NCBI GenBank assembly: GCA_013203955.1
Contig: JABMOY010000140.1
Coordinates: 1,362 to 65,361 of the forward strand
From: Rhodospirillales bacterium
GTDB taxonomy: Bacteria; Pseudomonadota; Alphaproteobacteria; Rhodospirillales; Casp-alpha2
DNA: 64,000 nt
Direction of reading: 5' to 3'
Below, piece after piece: positions 30,044 through 38,378 of this stretch. A program made the position numbers and the translations under genes. How positions within the stretch are numbered: position 1 is the first letter of the stretch; every line of letters begins with the position of its first letter. The notes beneath the pieces are model-generated. The model made no database searches. It was not told the DNA's origin and saw only the letters and a program-made list of their open reading frames with translations.

Positions 30044-31011
30044 GTGTTTTCCATTTCCAAAAGGGCAAGGCGGTGGCGGATTAGTTTCCCGCTCCTTGGA
30101 CGCCGGTGCCAGAAAGGCGGCCTGGCGCTGTAATTCCATTGGCTCCACTCACAGATGCTGTCGTGCAGGATGGTATCCCCGGGGCGCCACGGGTAATCGT
30201 CGAAATTGGTGACCTTGATTTCTTTGTTGCTGCAGTAAAAGGCCGTCTGCCGGGCCCGGTTTCCCCTGAGCAGGCGAAAATAATTTTTGACGACCCCAGA
30301 ATCCATTTCCTGCATGGACAGGATATTGATGGCCAGTCCGATGGCGGCGTCGCCAATGCAATCGGCATCATCGGCTCGAACGGCGATTAAGCGGATGCCG
30401 CCGTCGGCTAGGGCGTCCCGCATTTCCTGGGCGCTTTCAACCAGGGCCAGCCGCGCTTCCGGCACCGCCTGGCGGCTATAGGCCAGGTCCAGCAACAGCG
30501 GCTTGGTAAGATTGACGGTGATGACCTTGCGCCGGGGCGCGTGCATCAACAGCAACGTCGTCATGACGCCGTATCCATCACCGATGACAAGGCTGCAGTC
30601 TTCGCCCGAGGAAATGTCCAGGTAATTGCGGATCAGCGCCAGAGTAAATGATTGGCGCAGCATGTCGTACGTGAACTGGCGGTTTTGGCGCCGGGCGATT
30701 TGACGGCCCAGGCGCACGCAATCGGCAAGGTCCGGAAAAGGCGCGGCCAGCCGGTGCAGCGGCCGCTGCAGGGCCGCGTGGGCGAAGTTGCGAAGCAGCG
30801 AAACCTTTTTCGAGGCATTGCCGAGCGCCGTTTGCCCGGTCATGGTGCCGTCGGCGGCGACTTGGAAATTACCGATTTGGTGTTCCCAGTAATCCGACCG
30901 ACTGCCCTCCGCTTCGTCCGTGCGTGCAGCCAACGCCTTGATTGCGTCATCGCCTATCAGCATCAAGGAAATTTCATCTGTTGGATCAATATTTTCCCCA
31001 TAGGTCATCAT
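30040..31011 (-). CDS. Hypothetical protein, possibly a sugar O-methyltransferase-like Rossmann protein
   Basis: About 323 aa from the ATG pair at 31011/31008. The only suggestive motif is the Gly-rich LVIGDGYGVMTTLL followed by acidic residues. Function is weakly supported. Confidence 0.45.
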   Translation of the reverse strand: MMTYGENIDPTDEISLMLIGDDAIKALAARTDEAEGSRSDYWEHQIGNFQVAADGTMTGQTALGNASKKVSLLRNFAHAALQRPLHRLAAPFPDLADCVRLGRQIARRQNRQFTYDMLRQSFTLALIRNYLDISSGEDCSLVIGDGYGVMTTLLLMHAPRRKVITVNLTKPLLLDLAYSRQAVPEARLALVESAQEMRDALADGGIRLIAVRADDADCIGDAAIGLAINILSMQEMDSGVVKNYFRLLRGNRARQTAFYCSNKEIKVTNFDDYPWRPGDTILHDSICEWSQWNYSARPPFWHRRPRSGKLIRHRLALLEMENT

Positions 31012-31750
31012 CCCTGATGACGGCCTCGACGCGGGCGACGTCTTCGGGGCTATCGACCGAGACATAAGCGCGGTCCGGCGCCGGTGCGATCCGCTGCTTG
31101 CGGCCGTTGTCGTAGACGCGGTTGGAATCGCAGGCTTCGGCTTTTTCCATGGGGCTTTCCGGAAGATCGGTGAACCATTTCAGAAAATGCCAGCGGAATC
31201 CGAAAATGCCGCCGACCCGCTTGGCGCCGATGTCGGGCGAAAATTCCTTGGCGTAGGGGATCGGTGCGCGTGACGTGAACAGCACGTCGCCTTTCAAGTC
31301 ATGCACCAGCTTGACCATGTCGGGATTGTTAAAGACCTCTTCCTCGGTGATCGGCACCGACAGCATGGTGCCTTCGACGCTGTCGTCGTCGTCGAAAGGC
31401 TTGATCACGGCTTCGATCATGTCGGGCCCCAAAAGCGGTTCGTCGCCTTGAACGCAGACGACGATATCGTCATCGGCGACGGCTTGCCCGCAAATTTCCG
31501 CCGCTTCGGCAACCCGATCAAGGGCGCGCGTGTGGGTGTCGGCGGTCATCAGGACGGGATAGTCCCCGTCTTCGGCGAAGGCGCGGATATCGTCGTCACA
31601 GGTACATATCCAAAGCCCGTCCCAGCGGTCATAAAGGCGGGCGCGCTGGAAGCAATGCTCCAACAACGGTTTGCCGGCAATGTTGTGCAAGGGCTTGCCG
31701 GGAAAGCGGCTGGCAGCCATGCGGGCGGGGACGAAGCCGAAGATTTTCAT
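30986..31750 (-). CDS. CMP-sugar synthase family cytidylyltransferase (KdsB/NeuA-like)
   Basis: MKIFGFVPARMAASRFPGKPL and VCVQGDEPL motifs. ATG 31750 forms an ATGA overlap with the upstream stop. Confidence 0.8.
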   Translation of the reverse strand: MKIFGFVPARMAASRFPGKPLHNIAGKPLLEHCFQRARLYDRWDGLWICTCDDDIRAFAEDGDYPVLMTADTHTRALDRVAEAAEICGQAVADDDIVVCVQGDEPLLGPDMIEAVIKPFDDDDSVEGTMLSVPITEEEVFNNPDMVKLVHDLKGDVLFTSRAPIPYAKEFSPDIGAKRVGGIFGFRWHFLKWFTDLPESPMEKAEACDSNRVYDNGRKQRIAPAPDRAYVSVDSPEDVARVEAVIRDDDLWGKY

Positions 31751-32796
31751 TTGCCGATGCCCTGGCCCCGCAACCATTCGGCGGCCATGCGTCCGGCAAT
31801 TTGGTGGCCCAAGGGGGACCAATGGCCGTCATGGGCGAAGTGGGTCGGTGCGAACCCGGCTTTTTGGAATTTATCAAAGGGGTCGATGACGGCGATGCCG
31901 CGGTTTAATAACGCTTTTCCCATTCCTAAGCGGAGTCGATGGAAATAAGAATCCCCATCGCGTATCTCGAAACGGGCCGGGGCAATAAGCACCGCAAAAG
32001 GCGTTCCGGCGGGAAGCCGGGACCGAAAAATGTCAATCTCAGCGGCGGTCCGTTTTATGGCATTTTCCAATTTTTCCGGAGCCAGAGGCCTATTGTAGGA
32101 ATGGCCTTTGTTGACCACGCCTAAGGAAATCAGCATCCGGTTTACAAAAGGCACGCGCTTTAAGACGACAGCAAAGAAATTATAAAGCGCCGTGTTTTTT
32201 GTTAGAAACGCTTTGATGTTGTTGGTGGATAATTTTTCTGCTTGCTTGGTCGGGGAAGCTTTGGTCGCAGCTTTCGCACAGTCGTATTCACGAATATCGT
32301 TTTCAAGGATCAAGCCGATGACGACGGCGCGGGGGTTGACGGTTTTTGGCATGCGCGCCACCAGGGCCTGATACCCGCAAACGTTGGTTCCCGGGCTGGC
32401 GACGTTGTATGTGGGAAAATTAAGCGCCTGCCCGGCTACGGATGAATAAATTTCATCGTGCTCGACGCCCCAACCGAAGGTCATGGAATCGCCGACGAAC
32501 CAGACCCGATCTCCGGCGTCTTTGACGGGGTCCGGGTTGCGTAGCCCGAATTCATTGACCCGAATCCGGACGCGGAAATCGCCGTTGTTTTGGGCGAAGT
32601 AACCTTCAAAGCCGGGCCGCCCGGTGGTTACGACGATGTGTCCGGGGACGGCGGTCGTTTGCATAAACCGGCCGCTATGGAATTCCTGCCAATGGGGCAT
32701 GAGAAGGCGAAGGATTCCCTCGGCGGCGAAAAGGGTGAGGACGCTGCCGACGAGCAACGCCGCTAAAACACCTTTAGGGGTCGGGCGATCATTCAC
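31747..32796 (-). CDS. SGNH/GDSL-family hydrolase with an N-terminal signal anchor
   Basis: 349 aa. Hydrophobic N-terminus (VLAALLVGSVLTLFAA), block I VWFVGDSMTFGWG and block V-like DGHWS. Confidence 0.7.
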   Translation of the reverse strand: MNDRPTPKGVLAALLVGSVLTLFAAEGILRLLMPHWQEFHSGRFMQTTAVPGHIVVTTGRPGFEGYFAQNNGDFRVRIRVNEFGLRNPDPVKDAGDRVWFVGDSMTFGWGVEHDEIYSSVAGQALNFPTYNVASPGTNVCGYQALVARMPKTVNPRAVVIGLILENDIREYDCAKAATKASPTKQAEKLSTNNIKAFLTKNTALYNFFAVVLKRVPFVNRMLISLGVVNKGHSYNRPLAPEKLENAIKRTAAEIDIFRSRLPAGTPFAVLIAPARFEIRDGDSYFHRLRLGMGKALLNRGIAVIDPFDKFQKAGFAPTHFAHDGHWSPLGHQIAGRMAAEWLRGQGIGK

Positions 32797-32799
32797 GGA

Positions 32800-33801
32800 T
32801 CAAGCCCGCTTCCGACCGATGACGTCGAACAAGGCACCTTCCCGGGCGATGGTGCCGATCCAGGAAAGCTGCGTCACCAATCGCTGGTAGGCATTCCCCG
32901 GGCTGGTGCTGTCAAACAAACCCGGGGCATCTTCGCCATCGGTCCCTAAGATCGCAGGCGAACAGTTTTGATATTCGATGCCGTTCTGGTTGAACCACGC
33001 CAACACTTCATCGATGGAGTGCCAGGTTTCATGGGGATTATAATACTGGTCCTTGATCCAGATATCGGCTTTGCGGCTATCCAGGATACGATTGCGCACC
33101 ACATAATCGATGTTGCCGCCGGTGAGGCCGATGACTTTGGAGCGAACCCAAGTGGGGATACGGGCATAGCGGTTGTACAGACCGACCATGATGAGCCCCC
33201 CCGGCTTGACCTTGCGGGCGATGGCGGCGAAGGCGCGCTTGGCATCGAAGGTATGGTGAAGGACGCCGTGGGAAATGACGACGTCGAAGGACGCGTCCTT
33301 GATTGCCAACTCGAAGATATTCATCTGCGTGAAGCTCGATCGGTCCAAGCCGTTTCGTTGTTTGTGTTCAAGGGCGAGCTTAAGGCTGCCCAACGACATA
33401 TCGATGCCGAGCACATGATTGTTATTGAGCTGCAGGAAATGAGACAACTGGCCGGTGCCGCAACCGCATTCCAGGACCGTCTTGTTATAGCCAATGGCTT
33501 TCAGAAGGTTGGCGGAAAACGGGTTCTGGCTGCCCTTGGAAACCAGCTCTCCAAATTCTTCCAGGCCTTCGTAATTGGGAAAGGGGTTTTCCTCATAAAA
33601 CGATTTGACGCGGGCGGTGACGTCTTTGCCTTCGCCTTCGAGGGGCTGGTATAGGGACGGCACGCCGTCGATGAAGGGAAACTCTTGGCCGGTCTCGGCG
33701 CATTTAAGGCCATCCTCGACGGCCTCAATCATCGTCGCGTCATCGCCACCCGGGGTCTTCAGGCAGGCTAAAATCCGGTCCGAAAACATTAGCGCCGTCA
33801 T
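32800..33801 (-). CDS. Class I SAM-dependent methyltransferase with a Trm112-like N-terminal segment
   Basis: 333 aa. N-terminal LACLKTPGG...LKCAETGQEFPFIDGVPSL, motif I VLECGCGTGQLSHFL, then VISHGVLHH. Confidence 0.8.
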   Translation of the reverse strand: MTALMFSDRILACLKTPGGDDATMIEAVEDGLKCAETGQEFPFIDGVPSLYQPLEGEGKDVTARVKSFYEENPFPNYEGLEEFGELVSKGSQNPFSANLLKAIGYNKTVLECGCGTGQLSHFLQLNNNHVLGIDMSLGSLKLALEHKQRNGLDRSSFTQMNIFELAIKDASFDVVISHGVLHHTFDAKRAFAAIARKVKPGGLIMVGLYNRYARIPTWVRSKVIGLTGGNIDYVVRNRILDSRKADIWIKDQYYNPHETWHSIDEVLAWFNQNGIEYQNCSPAILGTDGEDAPGLFDSTSPGNAYQRLVTQLSWIGTIAREGALFDVIGRKRA

Positions 33802-35594
33802 TGCTTGCCCTTTTCAAGAACAAAATTGCCAAGCACCAGGACATCCATCTCTGTGGCCATGAAGCATTTATAAGCGTCCTCGGGCGTGCACACGATGGGT
33901 TCATCGCGAACGTTGAAGCTCGTATTAACCAAAACACCCCGCCCGGTTTCCGTTTTGAAATTTTCCAGCAACCGGTGGAAGCGGGGATTGGTCTTCTTGT
34001 CGACGGTCTGCACGCGGGCTGAATTATCGACATGCGTGATCGCCGGCACGTCGCTGCGGACGATGCCTAGTTTGTCGAGGCCCGAAAGATTTTTGTCTTT
34101 TCCGCTAAGCTCAAGTCTTTTGTCCTTGGCGACATCGGCGACCAACAGCATATAGGGGCTGTCGCCGTCCATTTCGAAAAATTCCGAAACATCTTCCTTA
34201 AGGACCGCCGGGGCAAAGGGGCGAAAACTTTCCCGATATTTTATCTTAAGGTTCAATGTCTTTTGCATGGCTGCCGAATGGGGGTCGCCCAGGATCGACC
34301 GGTTGCCGAGCGCGCGTGGCCCAAACTCCATCCGCCCCTGGAACCAGCCGACGACTTTTTCCTGTGCCAGCGCCTTGGCGGTAAATCCGAAAAGGCCATC
34401 GTCGTCCATTTCGTCGTACACGGCGGAATATTCGTCTAGGGCTTCGCAGATTTCTTCTACTCCGAATGCCGGACCCAGATAAGCGCCCTTCATGGCGTCG
34501 GCGCCGCTGGCGGCGGGCGGGCGCTCTGTGGCCGGGCCGTTGGCGTTGGCGATGGCCAAAGCGACGCCCAGGGACGACCCGGCATCCCCGGCAGCCGGTT
34601 GAATCCAAATGTTTTCAAAAGGGCCCTCGCGAAGGACACGACCGTTGGCAACGCAATTCAAGGCGACGCCGCCGGCCATGCACAGATTCTTGTCGCCGGT
34701 TTTTTCATGCAGGTTGCGACACAACCGAAGAACGATTTCCTCGACCACGACCTGGACCGACCGGGCTAGGTCCATGTGTTGCTGGTTTAGCGGCTCAGCC
34801 GCGGCGCGGGGTGGGGCACCGAAAAGGTCGTCAAACCGCCCGTTGGTCATGGTCAATCCGGTACAGTAATTGAAATATCGCATGTCCAAGCGAAAGGACC
34901 CGTCCTCTTTAACGTTAATCAGGTGCTCCAAAATCAGATCCCGGTATTTGGGCTCGCCATAAGGTGCCAGCCCCATGACCTTGTATTCACCGTCGTTGAC
35001 CTTGAAGCCCAGGTAATAGGTGAAGGCCGAATACAAGAGCCCCAAGGAATGAGGAAAGCGGATTTCCTCGAAAAGGCTCAACTCTCGCCCGCGGCCGGTA
35101 CCAAAGGATGTGGTTGCCCATTCGCCGACCCCATCCATGACCAGCACGGCGGCGCTGTCGAACGGCGACGGGTAATAAGCGCTGGCGGCGTGAGAATGAT
35201 GATGAAAACCGAACAGAACCTTGTCTGGGTTGACTTCCCCCCGGCCCAGGGCGTTGAGCCCGTCAACGAGCAGGGTTTTCTGGAAGACCTTTTCCTTGAC
35301 CCACACCGGGATCGCCTTGACGAAAGAGCTAATCCCTGCCGGCGCAAAGGCCAGATAGGTTTCCAACAATCGGTTGAAGGTCAGCAGTGGCTTGTCGTAG
35401 AAGCCGACGTAATCAACCTCGTCCAAGGAAACGCCCGCTTCGTCCAGGCAATAAGCCGCCGCCGCTCCGGGAAAGGCGCTGTCGTTCTTTTTGCGGGAGA
35501 AACGCTCCTCTTGCGCGGCGGCGACGATGCCGCCATCGCGGACGATGGCGGCGGCGCTGTCGTGATAGAACGCTGAAAGACCAAGAACGATCAT
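33798..35594 (-). CDS. Carbamoyltransferase (NodU/CmcH family)
   Basis: 598 aa. MIVLGLSAFYHDSAAAIVRDGGIVAAAQEERFSRKKND N-terminus, HHHSHAASAYY, and a C-terminal TSFN motif (NTSFNVRDEPIV). Confidence 0.9.
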   Translation of the reverse strand: MIVLGLSAFYHDSAAAIVRDGGIVAAAQEERFSRKKNDSAFPGAAAAYCLDEAGVSLDEVDYVGFYDKPLLTFNRLLETYLAFAPAGISSFVKAIPVWVKEKVFQKTLLVDGLNALGRGEVNPDKVLFGFHHHSHAASAYYPSPFDSAAVLVMDGVGEWATTSFGTGRGRELSLFEEIRFPHSLGLLYSAFTYYLGFKVNDGEYKVMGLAPYGEPKYRDLILEHLINVKEDGSFRLDMRYFNYCTGLTMTNGRFDDLFGAPPRAAAEPLNQQHMDLARSVQVVVEEIVLRLCRNLHEKTGDKNLCMAGGVALNCVANGRVLREGPFENIWIQPAAGDAGSSLGVALAIANANGPATERPPAASGADAMKGAYLGPAFGVEEICEALDEYSAVYDEMDDDGLFGFTAKALAQEKVVGWFQGRMEFGPRALGNRSILGDPHSAAMQKTLNLKIKYRESFRPFAPAVLKEDVSEFFEMDGDSPYMLLVADVAKDKRLELSGKDKNLSGLDKLGIVRSDVPAITHVDNSARVQTVDKKTNPRFHRLLENFKTETGRGVLVNTSFNVRDEPIVCTPEDAYKCFMATEMDVLVLGNFVLEKGKQ

Positions 35595-35612
35595 GATGGC
35601 AGGTGGGCTTGA

Positions 35613-35765
35613 CTAGAAGATGGCATAAATAAAGGGTGCGATGGCGGTGCTTTGGGCTGCGATCAGAAGACCGCCAAGCGCAATAAGGCCAAGGATAATG
35701 GGCGCCATCCAAAACTTTTTGTAGACGCGCATGAATTTTATTAGCTGGCTTAAGGTGGAGAGCAT
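35613..35765 (-). CDS. Small membrane protein (SxtK/DUF5989-like micro-ORF), absent from the ORF track
   Basis: 50 codons read by hand: MLSTLSQLIKFMRVYKKFWMAPIILGLIALGGLLIAAQSTAIAPFIYAIF, then TAG at 35615-35613. It sits between the SxtJ-like gene and the carbamoyltransferase, the position this family normally occupies. Confidence 0.6.
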   Translation of the reverse strand: MLSTLSQLIKFMRVYKKFWMAPIILGLIALGGLLIAAQSTAIAPFIYAIF

Positions 35766-35804
35766 TTATTCTTTGTTTTTGCGATAAAGGTTTTTCAGAA
35801 GTCT

Positions 35805-36194
35805 CTAGAACATATCCCGAAGGGTTTCTTTGTCTGTGTGCCGGGCCACCGGCGTCCAATAGGTTTTAGCCTCTGCGTCCGGGTTGCGGAGCATGGGGTC
35901 GCTTCCGAAGAGCCGGATTATAAGACCGAACGGCATAACGAAAAGGTAGAAAAAGGTCCCCAACAGAAGAAAGTTCGTGACGGCCCCCAGCTTTTCAGAG
36001 AATACCCCCCAAAGACGGTTGAGTGGCAGCAGCGCTACGGGCAGGACAAGGCCGATAAGCCCGAACAGGGCGGCGGCGATAAGGACACCCTTGTAAATCG
36101 AGGCAAAGAAAAACCAGCCGACGGCGGCGATAACAAGAAGGGCGGCGGCCATCATCAAGCCGAACTGGCGGTCGGTGAGTTTTTTCTGTGCCAT
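35805..36194 (-). CDS. SxtJ-like membrane protein
   Basis: About 129 aa from ATG 36194 (MAQKKLTDRQFG), which follows the upstream stop directly. Has hydrophobic helices (LMMAAALLVIAAVGWFFF, LIAAALFGLIGLVLPVALL). This family typically accompanies carbamoyltransferases. Confidence 0.65.
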   Translation of the reverse strand: MAQKKLTDRQFGLMMAAALLVIAAVGWFFFASIYKGVLIAAALFGLIGLVLPVALLPLNRLWGVFSEKLGAVTNFLLLGTFFYLFVMPFGLIIRLFGSDPMLRNPDAEAKTYWTPVARHTDKETLRDMF

Positions 36195-36195
36195 C

Positions 36196-37236
36196 TTATG
36201 GTGCCCCGTCATTCAGACCCCATTTGGCCTTCCAATCCCCATCGGCGCAATAGATTTGATAAACCAGCCGCATGGTCCTGAGCGCGTCATCAGATGACCC
36301 GTTGGTGACGGCCCCGCCGTTTTCGATGACGGCGGCGAATTCGGCGACCTCGTCGGCCCAGGAAGGGTCCTGCGTATAACGCCGTATTTCCTCTTCCGGG
36401 TCGCCCATATCGTCGCCACCAGTCCGGGCGATGGTCAGCGTTTCCTCACCGTAGCTTTTAGAGCCTGACAGGATCCCGGCCAAGTTCAACGCTCCCTTGG
36501 TAAAGTTAATCTCCAGTCCGAAGCGGTGGCGCCATTGGCTGGCCGATGAATGCAGCATCGCAACCTTGCCGTCGTTCGTCCGCATCAAGGCGTAGGCGTT
36601 ATCTTCAACATCGTGGTTCCAAACGCTATTGGAAACAAAGCTGTGGATTTCATCGAACTCACCGGCGAACAGGCGTAACAGGTCGACCATGTGGATGCCC
36701 TGGTCGAGCAGCACCCCGCCACCGGAGAGCGCCCGTTCCGTCCGCCAAGTTGTCTGGTCGAAGGTGATCAGCTTCGATTTCCCGTAAACACCGCGCAGGT
36801 TGATGACCTCGCCCAATTCTTCCGACTTCAGGATCGCCAGCGCGTCGCGGACGGAATCATGGAACCGGTGATTGAAGCCATATTGCAGCTTCAGTTCCGG
36901 ATGCGTCTTCTCGCATTCGATGACGCGGACGACATCGCCGACATCCCGGCCTGGCGGCTTTTCGCAGAACACGTGCATGCCGCCCTCGAGCCCGGCGATG
37001 GTGGCGTCGGGGTTAATGTCGTTGGTCAAACAGACGAACAGGACATCGAGTTTTTCTTCTAGCAGTTTCCTGTAATCGTCGTAATAGCGAACGCCGTCGT
37101 CGAAAGCGCCGTCGCCGTCCAGGGTCCGGTCCGACACGGCCACCGTTTCAAAGACTGGATGCGGGTCAATGACTGATCTGCGGCGCTTGCCGACGACGCC
37201 GTAACCGGCGATTCCAACTTTCAATTTATCGGTCAC
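36196..37236 (-). CDS. Gfo/Idh/MocA family oxidoreductase
   Basis: 346 aa. KVGIAGYGVVGKRR Rossmann motif and EKP motif (FCEKPPG). Confidence 0.8.
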   Translation of the reverse strand: MTDKLKVGIAGYGVVGKRRRSVIDPHPVFETVAVSDRTLDGDGAFDDGVRYYDDYRKLLEEKLDVLFVCLTNDINPDATIAGLEGGMHVFCEKPPGRDVGDVVRVIECEKTHPELKLQYGFNHRFHDSVRDALAILKSEELGEVINLRGVYGKSKLITFDQTTWRTERALSGGGVLLDQGIHMVDLLRLFAGEFDEIHSFVSNSVWNHDVEDNAYALMRTNDGKVAMLHSSASQWRHRFGLEINFTKGALNLAGILSGSKSYGEETLTIARTGGDDMGDPEEEIRRYTQDPSWADEVAEFAAVIENGGAVTNGSSDDALRTMRLVYQIYCADGDWKAKWGLNDGAP

Positions 37237-38354
37237 GTTTTAGGCGTCCGATAGAGCTTGGATATGTCGTCGTTGGGTTGCCCAAGGCGGTTGGATTCTT
37301 CATCGCTTTCGACATCCACCCAACCTTGGGATTCGTCTGACCGGTAAAAAGCATGCAGCAGCTTCAAAGTGCCCAGACAATCTTCGCGGCTGACCGGGTA
37401 GGGTGCGGAGTCCTTAAAAAAAGCGACGATGTCTTCGTACATTTGGACATGGCCGTAACCGTAGACGGCGCCGTGGCCCTTGATGCCCTGAAAGTCTTCG
37501 GAATGGGCGGCGCAGGCTTTCGGGTCGGGGGTGAAGACCTGCAACTCGTTGACGGCGATGCCGCCGATTTGCGCCAGCCCCTTGGACCCAACGATGGAAA
37601 TCGAGGCCTCGAAATCATCGGGCCGGGCCGCCGTCGTCGCCTCGACGATGCCGACGCCGCCGTCTTTGAATTCAAATGTCGCGGCGACCGTGTCCTCGAC
37701 TTCGATGTCGGCGCCGAGCGTGCGCATCGTCGCGTTGACTTTTTCGACTTCGCCGCCGAGGTGGCGAATCAGGTCAACATGGTGGATGCTCTGGTTGGTC
37801 AACGCCCCGCCGTCATGGGAAAAGGTGCCGCGCCACGGCGCCATGTCGTAATACCGCTGCGGCCGGCACCAGCGCACACGCACGGAAACGATGCGGACAT
37901 CGCCCAGTTCGCCCGCCGCCAGTGCTTGCTTGACCCGACGCACGGCCTTGTTGTGGCGGTTCTGGAAAACCGGAAAGATTTCAAGCCCAGCTTCATCAGC
38001 CACACCGTAGGCTTTGCTCAGATTGCCTGGGCGCATAAAGGTCGGTTTTTCCATGATTACGTGCTTGCTGTAATCACCCAACATCTCCAGCCCGTGTTCC
38101 AGGTGCATGCCCGACGGCGTGATGACGGCGGCGACGTCGATATCCGGCACCCGGGCGAACATGTCGCGGTAGCTGGTGAAGGCAGGAACGGAAAATTCTT
38201 CACCGTAGGCATCGGCCTTTTCTTTTTGCAGGTCACAGACGGCGGCTAGTTCCACGCCGTCGACTTCGGCGATGGACTTGCAGTGATGACCGGCGATGCG
38301 ACCGCAGCCGATGAGGGCGATACGAAGACCGTTTTTTTGGGGATTTCCAGTCAT
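37233..38354 (-). CDS. Gfo/Idh/MocA family oxidoreductase (WbpB-like NDP-sugar dehydrogenase candidate)
   Basis: 373 aa. RIALIGCGRIAGHH and MEKPT motifs. 4-nt overlap with the downstream paralogous gene. Confidence 0.8.
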   Translation of the reverse strand: MTGNPQKNGLRIALIGCGRIAGHHCKSIAEVDGVELAAVCDLQKEKADAYGEEFSVPAFTSYRDMFARVPDIDVAAVITPSGMHLEHGLEMLGDYSKHVIMEKPTFMRPGNLSKAYGVADEAGLEIFPVFQNRHNKAVRRVKQALAAGELGDVRIVSVRVRWCRPQRYYDMAPWRGTFSHDGGALTNQSIHHVDLIRHLGGEVEKVNATMRTLGADIEVEDTVAATFEFKDGGVGIVEATTAARPDDFEASISIVGSKGLAQIGGIAVNELQVFTPDPKACAAHSEDFQGIKGHGAVYGYGHVQMYEDIVAFFKDSAPYPVSREDCLGTLKLLHAFYRSDESQGWVDVESDEESNRLGQPNDDISKLYRTPKT

Positions 38355-38378
38355 GGGGTCACTCGGGGAGTCGTTCCG

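Noticed and set aside
35413-35859. 148-aa track ORF spanning the gap between the SxtJ-like and carbamoyltransferase genes.
   Set aside because: It overlaps both flanking genes and has an Arg/His/Pro-rich composition. A different frame in the gap encodes a clean 50-aa TM peptide with the expected family-like features.
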